DNA of 64,000 nucleotides. Source: an uncultured Chloroflexia bacterium. GTDB taxonomy: Bacteria > Chloroflexota > Limnocylindria > QHBO01. The position numbers and the translations under genes are program-made. Position 1 is the first letter of the stretch. Every line of letters begins with the position of its first letter. The stretch is taken from assembly GCA_963827475.1 (NCBI GenBank), contig CAWHAZ010000005.1:800001-864000 (forward strand), written 5' to 3'. Positions 37,452 to 46,968 of the stretch are shown one piece after another. The notes beneath the pieces were generated by a model that saw nothing but the letters and a program-made list of their open reading frames with translations, was not told where the DNA came from and ran no database searches.

Positions 37452-39530
37452 TCAGTGCCCTCGTTCGGGGGCGGTGGCCTTGGCCTGGTGCTCGGCGATG
37501 ACCTTCTCGGCAATGGTGTGCGGCACCTCGGCGTAGTGGTCGAGTGCCTGCGCGAACCGGCCGCGGCCCTGGGTGATCGACCGCAGCTCGGTGGCGTAGT
37601 GGAACATCTCGGCCTGCGGGATCTGGGCCCGCAGGTGCTGGGTGCCGTCCACCGAGTTCATGCCCAGCACGTGCCCGCGCTTGGCGGTGATCTGGCCCAT
37701 CACGTCGCCCATGTACTCGTCGGGGACGATGACCTCGACCTCCAGGATGGGCTCCAAGAGGGTCGGATCCGCCTCGCCGAACGCCCTGGTGAGCGCCTGC
37801 GAGGCGGCGATCTTGAACGCCATCTCTGAGGAGTCCACGGTGTGGTACGAGCCATCGACCAGGGTGGCTTTCATGTCGACCACCGGGTAGCCAGCCAGGA
37901 CGCCCTCCGACATCTTCTCGCGGAGTCCCTTCTCCACGGCCGGGATGTACTGCTTGGGCACGGCTCCGCCGACAATCCGGTCGCCGAACACGAACCCCTC
38001 GCCCGACTCGTTCGGCTCGAACTCGATCACGACATGTCCGAACTGGCCGTGGCCGCCTGTCTGGCGCTTGAACCGGTTGTCGACCTTGATCGACCTGCGG
38101 ATCGTCTCGCGGTAGGGCACCCGGGGCGTGCCGGTCTTCACCGCCGCCCCGAACTTCCGCTTCAGTCGCTCGACGATGACGTCGACGTGGGTGTCCCCCA
38201 TGGCGGTCAGGATCGTCTGGGACGTCGCCTCCTCGCGGTGGACCCGCATGCACGGATCCTCCTCGACGATCCGGCTCAGCGCCTGGCCGAGCTTGTCGAG
38301 ATCGGCCTTGGACTCCGGTTCGACCGCGACCTGGAGGGTGGGCTCCGGGAAGTCGAGGGCCGGCAGCTGCACGGCCGACGCGCGATCCGCGACCAGGGTG
38401 TCGCCGGTGTGGGTCGAGGTCAGCTTGGCGACGGCCACGATGTCTCCGGGGCCCGCCTGCGGCATGTTGACCTGGTCCTTGCCCTGGAGGCCGAGGATGT
38501 TGCCGAACCGCTCGTCGTCTCGGCGATTGGCGTTGTGCAGATGGCCCTGCGCCTTCACCGTGCCGGACACGACCCGGAAGTAGCTCAGCCGGCCGACGAA
38601 CGGGTCGGCCGTGACCTTGAACACCTGGGCAACGAAGGGGCCGGCCGGATCGGGCTCGATGACCTTGTCATCGGTCGTGGTCCGTGCGCCGACCTCGGCC
38701 GGCGACGGCACGTGGCGGGCGATCATCCGAGTGAGCTCCCGCACGCCGATGTTGCGCTCCGCTGAACCCACGAACACGGGCACCACGGACCCATCGCGGG
38801 TCCCGGCATGGAGGGCCGTTTCGATCTCCTCGTCACTGATCTCCTCGCCCTCGAGGTACTTCAGCATCAGCTCGTCGCTGGCCTCGGCCGCGGCCTCGAT
38901 CAGTGCCGTGCGGCGCGACTCCTCGGCGGTACGCATCTCGTCCGGGATGGGCACCTCCTTCGCTTCCCCGTTCTCGTAGATGCTCGCGTGCTGCTCGACG
39001 ACGTCGATGTAGCCGCGGAAGGTCTCCGCCGAGCCGATGGGCAGGTAGACGGGCGCGATCTTCGGCCCGAAGGCGGCCTTCAGCTGGTCGAGCGCCGCGT
39101 CGTAGTTCGCGTTCTCGCGGTCCATCTTGTTGATGAACACCATGCGCGGCAGGCGGCGCTGGTCGGCCAGTCGCCAGACGGCCTCCGTCCCGACCTCCAC
39201 TCCGGCGGACGCGTCGATGACCACGATCGCGGCGTCCACCGCGGCCAGGGCCTGGACGACATCGGCCTGGAAGTCGGCATACCCCGGCGTGTCGACGATC
39301 GTGATCCGGGCGCCTTCGGTCTCGAAGGTGCCGATCCCCAGGTTGATGGACTGGTGCCGGCGCTGCTCGTCGGGCTCCCAGTCGAGGGCGGCGGTGCCGG
39401 CCTCGACCGATCCGAGCCTTGGGATGGCGCCGGCATCGAACAGGATGGCCTCGCCCAGGCTCGTCTTCCCGGATCCGCCATGACCGATGAGGGCGACGTT
39501 GCGGATCCGATCGGGCGTGGTCGGCTTCAA
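37452..39530 (-). CDS. elongation factor G paralogue (EF-G2-like)
   Basis: GHGGSGKT, RHQSI in place of RGITI, DTPG, NKMD, QTGGHGQF, DGSYH.VDSSEMAF. Not in an str operon. Confidence 0.9.
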   Translation of the reverse strand: MKPTTPDRIRNVALIGHGGSGKTSLGEAILFDAGAIPRLGSVEAGTAALDWEPDEQRRHQSINLGIGTFETEGARITIVDTPGYADFQADVVQALAAVDAAIVVIDASAGVEVGTEAVWRLADQRRLPRMVFINKMDRENANYDAALDQLKAAFGPKIAPVYLPIGSAETFRGYIDVVEQHASIYENGEAKEVPIPDEMRTAEESRRTALIEAAAEASDELMLKYLEGEEISDEEIETALHAGTRDGSVVPVFVGSAERNIGVRELTRMIARHVPSPAEVGARTTTDDKVIEPDPAGPFVAQVFKVTADPFVGRLSYFRVVSGTVKAQGHLHNANRRDDERFGNILGLQGKDQVNMPQAGPGDIVAVAKLTSTHTGDTLVADRASAVQLPALDFPEPTLQVAVEPESKADLDKLGQALSRIVEEDPCMRVHREEATSQTILTAMGDTHVDVIVERLKRKFGAAVKTGTPRVPYRETIRRSIKVDNRFKRQTGGHGQFGHVVIEFEPNESGEGFVFGDRIVGGAVPKQYIPAVEKGLREKMSEGVLAGYPVVDMKATLVDGSYHTVDSSEMAFKIAASQALTRAFGEADPTLLEPILEVEVIVPDEYMGDVMGQITAKRGHVLGMNSVDGTQHLRAQIPQAEMFHYATELRSITQGRGRFAQALDHYAEVPHTIAEKVIAEHQAKATAPERGH

Positions 39531-39531
39531 G

Positions 39532-39559
39532 GCTGTTCCTCCGGCGGGCGGTCATTATA
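39532..39559 (-). promoter_or_regulatory. -10 box TATAAT and SD GGAGG for the EF-G paralogue
   Basis: ATTATA at 39554-39559 on the + strand and CCTCC upstream of the TTG start. Confidence 0.6.
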
Positions 39560-39615
39560 AGAACTGCCGACCGATTGGCGGTTTGGCGCGACACCGGCCG
39601 CTATCCTGAGCCGAC

Positions 39616-39696
39616 ATGCGCCCCGTCCGGTCCGCATCACCGATGAACCAGGCACTGGTGTCCCGTGCGGTCGCGCGGGCGGCTCGTCGCCGATGA
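39616..39696 (+). CDS. putative 26-aa leaderless upstream peptide MRPVRSASPMNQALVSRAVARAARRR
   Basis: TATCCT 8 nt before ATG 39616. Its stop overlaps the next ATG (ATGA at 39693). Confidence 0.4.
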   Translation: MRPVRSASPMNQALVSRAVARAARRR

Positions 39697-41849
39697 CCGC
39701 CCATTCGCACCAACAGGTGCCGCGCTGGCTCGTCCGGGCCGGCGCATTCAGCTGGCGGATCGCGGTCCTCATCGCGCTGGGAGCGGTGCTCACCTGGCTC
39801 GCCTTCACGCTGGCCACGGTGACTGCCGCGGTGATCGTGGCCGTGATCGTGGCGGCCACCTTCGCCCCACTCGGACAGGGGCTGCGCCGCCGCGGCTGGT
39901 CGGGAACGGCCAGCGCGGCCGCGGTCACCGGGGCGGCGGTCCTGGTAGGCGGGATTCTCCTCCTGCTCCTGGCGCTCGCGTTTGTGCCCTACATCCCGGG
40001 CGTGGTGGCGGCCGTGCAGGCCGGCATCGAGTCGATCAGCGAACAGGCCGCGGCGTCACCGGAGCTGGCCGAGCAATTCGCGGCCATCAGCGCCAGCATC
40101 CAGGCCTGGCTCTCGGACAATGTCGCCGCCCTCGTCGGCCGGGCCGCCAACGCGGTGACCGTGATCCTCCTCGCGCTGTTCCTGACCTTCTTCCTGCTCC
40201 AGGATGGGGAGGCGGGCTGGGGACGCGCGATCGACATGACCGAGGGCTGGCGCCGCGACCGGATCGACGTGGCGGGACACGAGGCCCTGGAGCGAGTTGG
40301 AGGCTACCTCCGGGGCACCGCGGTGCTCTCCGCGATCGTGGCCGTCACCAACCTGGCGTACTTGACCCTGCTCGGCGTCTCGCTGGCGGCGCCGCTGGCC
40401 ATCCTGTCCTTCGTCGGCGGATTCATCCCGTACATCGGCGGTCTGATTGCCACCGGCGTCATCCTCATCACCGCCTGGGGATCCGAGGGAGCCCAGACCG
40501 CGATCATCCTGCTCATCCTGATCTCGGTGACGCGGGTGGTCGTCTCCAACATCCTGCGGCCGATGGTCTACGGGTCGCGGGTCCGCCTCCATCCGGGGAT
40601 CATTCTCCTCGTCCTGCCCGCCGGCGCCGCGATTGCGGGCATCGTCGGGGTCTTTGCCGCGGTGCCGGTCACGGTGTTCGTCGCCTCTCTGACGTCATCG
40701 GTCGTTGCCGCTCTCGATCCGGACCTGCCGCTCGAGGAAGAGCCGATGGTGCCGCACTGGCTCGACCGCGTGGCGCAATGGGCCTGGCGCCTGCTGGCCA
40801 TCGTGGCCGTGCTGGTGGCCGTCGTCCTCATCCTCGCCCTCATCCCCATCGTGGTGGCGCCCATCCTCCTGGCCGCCATCCTGGCCGCCTCCGTGGCCCC
40901 GCTGGTGGCGGCACTCCGCCGGCGCGGCTGGAGCAGCCAGCGCGCCGCGCTGGTGGTCACCGGTGGATCGGTCCTCTCCATCGTCGCGATCGTGGTCGTG
41001 GCCGTCGTGGCGCTGGGCCCGGGCGTGGCCGGCGCGATCGAAGGCGGCGTCTCCGGCGCCGAGGGGGCGGACGAGGCCACGGGCGGCCTCCTGGGATGGC
41101 TGGGATCCGCGTCGGCCGAGGTGGGAACCTCGATCGTGGGAGCGGTGACGGGGATCCTGGCTGCCGTCTCGTCTCTGGCCGTCGTCCTGCTCCTCGCCAG
41201 TCTCCTGACGTTCTACCTCCTCCGTGACGGTCGGAAGGGATGGGACCGGGTTCTCGAGCCTCTCCACGGCTGGCAGCGGGGCGAGCTCGAAACGACGATG
41301 CGGGACTCGATCGGCGTGCTCGGAGGCTACATGGGCGGAACGGCGGTCATTTCCGCCGTGGGGGCGGTTTCGCAGCTCCTGATCATGCTCCTGCTCGATC
41401 TGCCATTCGCTGTCCCGGTCGCGATCCTGTCCTTCTTCGCCTGCTTCATCCCGTACGTCGGTGGGTTCATCACGACGGGGCTCGCCTTCCTCATCGCGGT
41501 GGCCTATGGCGACGTGGCCACGATCGTGATCATGGGCATCTACACCGTCGTGTTCAACATCGTCCAGGGCAATGTCGTCACGCCCCTCGTCTACCGCCGC
41601 GCCGTGCACCTCCACCCCGCCGTCATCCTCCTCGCCATTCCGGCCGGCGGGGCCCTGGCCGGGATCCTCGGCATGTTCATGGCGGTTCCGATCCTGGCCC
41701 TGATCGTCACGGCGAGGCTCCCGATCATGCGCCTGCTCGGCGGTGAGCCCGCGGAAACGGACGCCCCCTCGGGCGCGACGTCGGCAGTCAGCTCGGCGGC
41801 CTCGACGGGATCAGGGCCAGCCTCGGAGGCCGTCCCGGAGGCCGGGTAG
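39693..41849 (+). CDS. AI-2E family transporter with an internal tandem duplication
   Basis: Two copies of W..R....WR / LTF.LL.DG..GW / GGY..GTAV.SA / FIPY.GG / P.VY...V.LHP..ILL..PAG. Confidence 0.88.
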   Translation: MTAHSHQQVPRWLVRAGAFSWRIAVLIALGAVLTWLAFTLATVTAAVIVAVIVAATFAPLGQGLRRRGWSGTASAAAVTGAAVLVGGILLLLLALAFVPYIPGVVAAVQAGIESISEQAAASPELAEQFAAISASIQAWLSDNVAALVGRAANAVTVILLALFLTFFLLQDGEAGWGRAIDMTEGWRRDRIDVAGHEALERVGGYLRGTAVLSAIVAVTNLAYLTLLGVSLAAPLAILSFVGGFIPYIGGLIATGVILITAWGSEGAQTAIILLILISVTRVVVSNILRPMVYGSRVRLHPGIILLVLPAGAAIAGIVGVFAAVPVTVFVASLTSSVVAALDPDLPLEEEPMVPHWLDRVAQWAWRLLAIVAVLVAVVLILALIPIVVAPILLAAILAASVAPLVAALRRRGWSSQRAALVVTGGSVLSIVAIVVVAVVALGPGVAGAIEGGVSGAEGADEATGGLLGWLGSASAEVGTSIVGAVTGILAAVSSLAVVLLLASLLTFYLLRDGRKGWDRVLEPLHGWQRGELETTMRDSIGVLGGYMGGTAVISAVGAVSQLLIMLLLDLPFAVPVAILSFFACFIPYVGGFITTGLAFLIAVAYGDVATIVIMGIYTVVFNIVQGNVVTPLVYRRAVHLHPAVILLAIPAGGALAGILGMFMAVPILALIVTARLPIMRLLGGEPAETDAPSGATSAVSSAASTGSGPASEAVPEAG

Positions 41850-41946
41850 TCCTGCCGGTCGGTCTGGGTCGTCAGCATTTGGCGGGCTATTCCACCCGTC
41901 GCGCGCATGCAGCGCCGCTCGGTTTCGCGTCGTAGTCTTAGGAACG

Positions 41947-42711
41947 ATGTCCGGTCATAGCAAGTGGTCGCAGATCAAGCGCCAGAAGGGCGCGAATGAC
42001 GCCAAGCGCGGGGCGCTGTTCACGAAGTTGACGCGCGAGATCATCACCGCGGCTCGGCAGGGCGGCCCCGACACCGAGGCCAACTACCGCCTCCGGATGG
42101 CCGTCGACAAGGCACGGGCCAACTCGATGCCGGCGGACAACATCAAACGGGCCATCGAGCGCGCCACGGGCGCCGGCGGCGAGGCCGAGCAGTACGAGGA
42201 GATCACCTACGAGGGCCTCGGGCCGGAGAACGTCGCGGTCATCGTCGCCACCATGACCGACAACAAGAACCGCACGGCCGCCGAGGTCCGCGCCATCTTC
42301 ACCCGGGCCGGTGGCTCCTTCGCCCCCGTTTCGTGGCAGTTCGAACATCGCGGCCTGCTGTCGGTGCCGCTCAACGGCAACGATCCGGACGAGGTGTCCC
42401 TGGCGGCAATCGACGCGGGAGCGGTCGACGTGGGCACACCGGACGGCGGCACGATCGTGGTCGTGACCGATCCGGCCCGCCTGGAAGCGGTCCGCAGCGC
42501 GCTGACCGATGCCGGCTATCCGCCCGAGACGGCTGAGGTGTCCATGGAGCCGACGACGAGAGTCGAGATCGGCGACGAGAAGGGCGCACGCCACGTCCTG
42601 GACTTCGTCGAGCGCCTCGAAGACCTTGATGACGTGCAATCGGTCTACGCCAACTTCGACATCCCCGACGCGTTGATGGAGCAGCTCGAGGCCTCGGTCG
42701 TCGGGGGATGA
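41947..42711 (+). CDS. yebC: YebC/PmpR (TACO1) family protein
   Basis: MSGHSKWSQIKRQK, YEG.GP, TDNKNRT, DDVQ.VY.N. Confidence 0.95.
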   Translation: MSGHSKWSQIKRQKGANDAKRGALFTKLTREIITAARQGGPDTEANYRLRMAVDKARANSMPADNIKRAIERATGAGGEAEQYEEITYEGLGPENVAVIVATMTDNKNRTAAEVRAIFTRAGGSFAPVSWQFEHRGLLSVPLNGNDPDEVSLAAIDAGAVDVGTPDGGTIVVVTDPARLEAVRSALTDAGYPPETAEVSMEPTTRVEIGDEKGARHVLDFVERLEDLDDVQSVYANFDIPDALMEQLEASVVGG

Positions 42712-43184
42712 TCGCGCTCGGCATCGATCCCGGGACGGCAGCCTGCGGATTCGGGATCGTCGCCTCCGACGGGGCGAGCCTGCGGTTCGTGGATGCCGGA
42801 ACAGTCCGGACCGACCCGGCGTCGACCGACGCGGCTCGGCTGGCGGAGCTGGAAGCCGCGCTGGACCAGCTCGTGGCGGAGCACCACCCCGACCGGGTGG
42901 CGGTCGAGCGCCTCTACTTCCAGCGGAACGTGCAGACCGCGATGGCCGTCGGCCAGGCACGCGGCGTGGCCCTCCTCGTCGCGGCCCGCCACGGGTTGCC
43001 GGTCACCGAGCCCACCCCGAACGAGGTGAAGCTCGCGGTCTGCGGCAACGGCGCGGCCGACAAGCGGCAGGTCGCGGTGATGGTCGGGCGCCTGCTCGGC
43101 GTCCGCCTCAACGGTGCCGCGGACGACGCCACCGACGCCCTGGCGGTGGCGATCGGTGCCCTCGCCCCGGGGAGCATCCGGTGA
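42708..43184 (+). CDS. ruvC: Holliday junction resolvase
   Basis: LGIDPG, VE..YF..N, QARG, VK.AV.GNG.A.K.QV, DA.DALA.A. Confidence 0.95.
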   Translation: MIALGIDPGTAACGFGIVASDGASLRFVDAGTVRTDPASTDAARLAELEAALDQLVAEHHPDRVAVERLYFQRNVQTAMAVGQARGVALLVAARHGLPVTEPTPNEVKLAVCGNGAADKRQVAVMVGRLLGVRLNGAADDATDALAVAIGALAPGSIR

Positions 43185-43756
43185 TCGGCTCCCTTCGCGG
43201 CCCGGTGAGCCACGTTGGCGTCGACCACGTGCTCATCGACATCGGTGGCGTGGGCTACCGCGTCGTCGTCTCGCCCGCGCTCCTCGGCACGCTGCGCATC
43301 GGCTCCGAAGCTACCCTCCTCGTCCATCACCTCGTCCGCGAGGACCAGCAGGCCCTCTTCGGCTTCGCCAAGCCGGAGGAGCTCGCCTTCTTCGAGCTGC
43401 TGATGACGGTCAACGGCGTCGGGCCGCGCCTCGCGCTGGCGATCACCAGCGCCCATCCGGTGACCCGTCTCCAGATGGCGATCGTGACCGATGACCTGGA
43501 CGTCCTGACATCGGTCAGCGGCGTAGGGCGGAAGACCGCCGAGCGGATCGTGCTCGAGCTGCGGGAGAAGATCCACGCCGCCGGGATCGCGGTCGGCCCC
43601 GGTGGCGCCGCGGACTCGGACGTGGTCGCCGCGCTCGAGTCGCTGGGCTACACCGCATCGGAGGCGCGCCGGGCCGCGGGGACGGTCGCGACCGTGGAGG
43701 GAGGTCTCGACGAGCGGATCCGGGCCGCGCTGCAGGAGCTGGCTCGCTCCCGATGA
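43181..43756 (+). CDS. ruvA: Holliday junction branch migration protein A
   Basis: GVGY, VRED...LFGF, V.GVGP..AL, G.G.KTAERI..EL, AL.SLGY. Confidence 0.95.
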   Translation: MIGSLRGPVSHVGVDHVLIDIGGVGYRVVVSPALLGTLRIGSEATLLVHHLVREDQQALFGFAKPEELAFFELLMTVNGVGPRLALAITSAHPVTRLQMAIVTDDLDVLTSVSGVGRKTAERIVLELREKIHAAGIAVGPGGAADSDVVAALESLGYTASEARRAAGTVATVEGGLDERIRAALQELARSR

Positions 43757-44190
43757 CCCTCACCGAGCAGGAGACCATCGAGCGGGTCCTGCGCGAGACC
43801 GAGACCTGGGCGGTGGTTGGGTGCTCCTCGAACCCGGAGCGGCCGAGCCACGGCGTGGCCCGCACCCTCATGCGCAGCGGCTACCGCATGATCCCGGTCA
43901 ACCCGCGCGAGGCGGAGGTCCACGGCCAGCGCGCGTACGCCGACCTGTTCGAGGCCCAGGGCGACGCGGTCGCGGCCGGCCATCCGATCGAGGTGGTCGA
44001 CATCTTCCGCAACTCGGCCTACGCCGGGATCCACGTCGACGAGGCGGTCGAGATCGGGGCGAAGGCGGTCTGGATGCAGCTCGGGGTCATCGACGAGGAC
44101 GCGGCCGAGCGGGCGCGCGAGGCGGGCCTGTGGGTGGTGATGGACCGGTGCCCGGCGATCGAGCTACCCCGACTGGGTCCCACCGGCTGA
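43753..44190 (+). CDS. CoA-binding protein (YccU-like)
   Basis: AVVG.S.NP.R.S..V, PVNP, VDIFR, VWMQLG, VMDRC. Confidence 0.9.
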   Translation: MTLTEQETIERVLRETETWAVVGCSSNPERPSHGVARTLMRSGYRMIPVNPREAEVHGQRAYADLFEAQGDAVAAGHPIEVVDIFRNSAYAGIHVDEAVEIGAKAVWMQLGVIDEDAAERAREAGLWVVMDRCPAIELPRLGPTG

Positions 44191-44199
44191 GGTCTGAAA

Positions 44200-46941
44200 T
44201 TGGACCCGACGATCGTGGACGTTGCCGAACAGAAGCGCTTGAGCGAAGCGCGCGAAGCGCAGGTCCCCTGGAAGAAGTGGGGACCCTACCTCAGCGAGCG
44301 CCAGTGGGGCACGGTTCGCGAGGACTACAGCGACGATGGCAGCGCGTGGGACTACTTTCCGCATGATCAGGCCCGCTCCCGGGCGTACCGCTGGGGTGAG
44401 GACGGACTCGGGGGACTGTGCGATGACCACCAACAGTTGTGCTTTGCACTGGCGCTGTGGAACGAGCGCGACCCGTTCTTGAAGGAGCGCCTCTTCGGAC
44501 TCACCAATGGCCAAGGGAACCATGGCGAGGACGTGAAGGAGTATTACTTCTACCTCGACAGCACGCCCACCCACTCGTACATGAAGTACCTCTACAAATA
44601 CCCACAGCGCGCGTATCCCTACCAGGATCTGCTGGACACCAACCGGAGTCGAACCCGGGACGAAGCGGAATACGAGCTCTTGGATACCGGAGCCTTCGAC
44701 GACAACCGGTACTTCGACGTTTTCGTCGAGTACGCCAAGGCCGCCCCGGAAGACATCCTCGTCCGCGTCACCGTGCACAACCGCGGCCCGGCATCGGCCC
44801 GCATCCGCGTGTTGCCAACACTTTGGTTCCGGAACACGTGGTCGTGGGACCGGGACGAGCCAAAGCCTTCACTTCGCGAGGTGGAGCCCGGGGTCATAAA
44901 GGCCACGCATAGCGAGTTGGGCGAGATGTGGCTCATGTGCGACGGATCTCCGGACGTCCTCTTCACCGAGAATGAGAGCAATGCGGCGCGGCTGTGGGCC
45001 CAGGACAATGCCACCCCGTACGTCAAGGACGCCTTCCACGACTACGTGATCGAGGGTCGCGGAGATGCGGTCAATCCGGCCGGAGAAGGAACGAAAACCG
45101 CCGCCCATTACGCGCTGGACGTGCCCGCAGGCGGGAGCCAGACCGTGCGCCTCCGTCTGGCGACATCCCGCCCTACCGACGTCTTTGGCGGCCTTGAGGA
45201 GATATTCACCAACCGAATCGCAGAAGCGGACGAGTTCTACGAGCGGATCTCACCTGCCTCCCTGACCATCGACGAGCGTTTGGTGCACCGCCAGGCGCTG
45301 GCGGGCATGCTCTGGTCCAAGCAGTACTACTACTTTGACGTGGATCGCTGGCTCCAGGACCACGGGAGCCACCCGGTCATGGAATCGGCTCGGCCAGGTG
45401 TCCGCAACACGGATTGGTTTCACATGCTGAACGCGGACGTCATCTCGATGCCGGACAAGTGGGAGTACCCATGGTATGCGGCCTGGGACCTCGCATTCCA
45501 CACCCTCTCCCTGGCGCTCGTCGACTTCGATTTCGCCAAGGAGCAGCTCCTGCTCATGCTCCGCAGTTTGTATGCCCATCCGAATGGGCAGATACCCGCG
45601 TATGAGTGGAACTTCGGGGATGTGAACCCGCCCGTGCACGCCTGGGCCACGCTCTCGCTGTACAAGACCGAGCGCACCCTCGGCCGCGCAGACATCCAGT
45701 TCCTCCAACGGGCGTTCCAGGGTCTGATGTTGAACTTCAACTGGTGGGTCAATCGCAAGGACCCCGACGGGCGCAATGTCTTTGCCGGTGGGTTTCTTGG
45801 ACTCGACAACGTCGGGGTCTTCGATCGCAGCGCCCCGCTTCCGACGGGCGGCACCCTGGAGCAGGCGGACGGGACCGCGTGGATGGCCTTCTACTGCCAG
45901 AACATGCTCGAGATCGCGCTGATCCTGTCTGCACATGATCCGATGTACGAGGAAGTCGCCTACCGTTTTGCCGAGCATTTCATCTGGATTTCATACGCGA
46001 TGGACCGCATCGGCGATCACCAGAACGAGATGTGGGACGAGGAGGACGGGTTCTTCTATGACCTGCTGCGGCTTCCCGACGGGCAGGCCCAGCGGTTGAA
46101 GGTGCGATCGATGGTTGGGCTACTACCCCTCTGCGCGTCTACCGTCTTCGAAGGCGACGCCGTGGACCGATACCCAAAGCTCATGGAGCTGATCGCCCTG
46201 TTCCGAAAACGCCATCCGAACGTGCTGTCCTACGTGGCTCCGACCAGCGAGGGCTTCGTCGGCTACAAGGGACGGCGTCTGCTGTCGCTCCTCGACAAGC
46301 AGAAGCTCGAGCGCGTACTCGCCTACATGCTCGACGAGAACGAGTTTCTTGGTCCGTACGGCATTCGGTCCCTGTCTCGGTACCACCTGGATCACCCCTT
46401 CGTGTTTCCGGTGGGTGATCAGCAGTTCAAGGTCCAGTACCTGCCGGGCGAATCGGATACGGGGATGTTCGGCGGCAACTCCAACTGGCGTGGCCCGATC
46501 TGGATGCCACTGAACGCGCTGCTGCTCCGCGCGCTGTTGAACCTGTACAGCTTCTACGGCGACGACTTCAAGGTCGAATGCCCCACTGGATCGGGGCGGT
46601 ACATGACGCTCTTTGAGGTCGCCCAGGAGATCACGCGCCGGCTGGCGAGCATCTTCCTGCGCGCCCCCTCCGCCAGTTCCGGCGAGGAGGGTCGGCGCCC
46701 GGTCTATGGTCAGGCCGAAACGTTCCAGCAGGATCCCAAATGGCGCGACCTGATCCTCTTCTACGAGTTCTTCAACGGCGAGACTGGGGAAGGTCTGGGC
46801 GCGAGCCACCAGACGGGTTGGACCGGGCTGATCGCTCGGATGCTCGACACCTTCGGCCGAGTCGACGCCAAGGATCTGGAGCTGGAGCTCGGGCAGTTGT
46901 CGTCCCGCTTGGTGATGGAGCAGGTGGGCAGAGAACGCTGA
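44200..46941 (+). CDS. GH63/MGH1-like glycoside hydrolase ('glucosidase')
   Basis: WGPYLSERQWGTVREDYS, MPDKWEYPWYAAWDLAFH, GGFLGLDN, QADGTAWM, NSNWRGPIW, GASHQTGWT. Confidence 0.9.
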   Translation: MDPTIVDVAEQKRLSEAREAQVPWKKWGPYLSERQWGTVREDYSDDGSAWDYFPHDQARSRAYRWGEDGLGGLCDDHQQLCFALALWNERDPFLKERLFGLTNGQGNHGEDVKEYYFYLDSTPTHSYMKYLYKYPQRAYPYQDLLDTNRSRTRDEAEYELLDTGAFDDNRYFDVFVEYAKAAPEDILVRVTVHNRGPASARIRVLPTLWFRNTWSWDRDEPKPSLREVEPGVIKATHSELGEMWLMCDGSPDVLFTENESNAARLWAQDNATPYVKDAFHDYVIEGRGDAVNPAGEGTKTAAHYALDVPAGGSQTVRLRLATSRPTDVFGGLEEIFTNRIAEADEFYERISPASLTIDERLVHRQALAGMLWSKQYYYFDVDRWLQDHGSHPVMESARPGVRNTDWFHMLNADVISMPDKWEYPWYAAWDLAFHTLSLALVDFDFAKEQLLLMLRSLYAHPNGQIPAYEWNFGDVNPPVHAWATLSLYKTERTLGRADIQFLQRAFQGLMLNFNWWVNRKDPDGRNVFAGGFLGLDNVGVFDRSAPLPTGGTLEQADGTAWMAFYCQNMLEIALILSAHDPMYEEVAYRFAEHFIWISYAMDRIGDHQNEMWDEEDGFFYDLLRLPDGQAQRLKVRSMVGLLPLCASTVFEGDAVDRYPKLMELIALFRKRHPNVLSYVAPTSEGFVGYKGRRLLSLLDKQKLERVLAYMLDENEFLGPYGIRSLSRYHLDHPFVFPVGDQQFKVQYLPGESDTGMFGGNSNWRGPIWMPLNALLLRALLNLYSFYGDDFKVECPTGSGRYMTLFEVAQEITRRLASIFLRAPSASSGEEGRRPVYGQAETFQQDPKWRDLILFYEFFNGETGEGLGASHQTGWTGLIARMLDTFGRVDAKDLELELGQLSSRLVMEQVGRER

Positions 46942-46968
46942 GGACCGGCTTCCCCGTCGGCCCTCAGC
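46937..46968. terminator. hairpin between convergent genes
   Basis: GCTGAGG..CCGG / TCGG..CCTCAGC inverted repeat that includes both stop codons. No U-tract. Confidence 0.4.
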
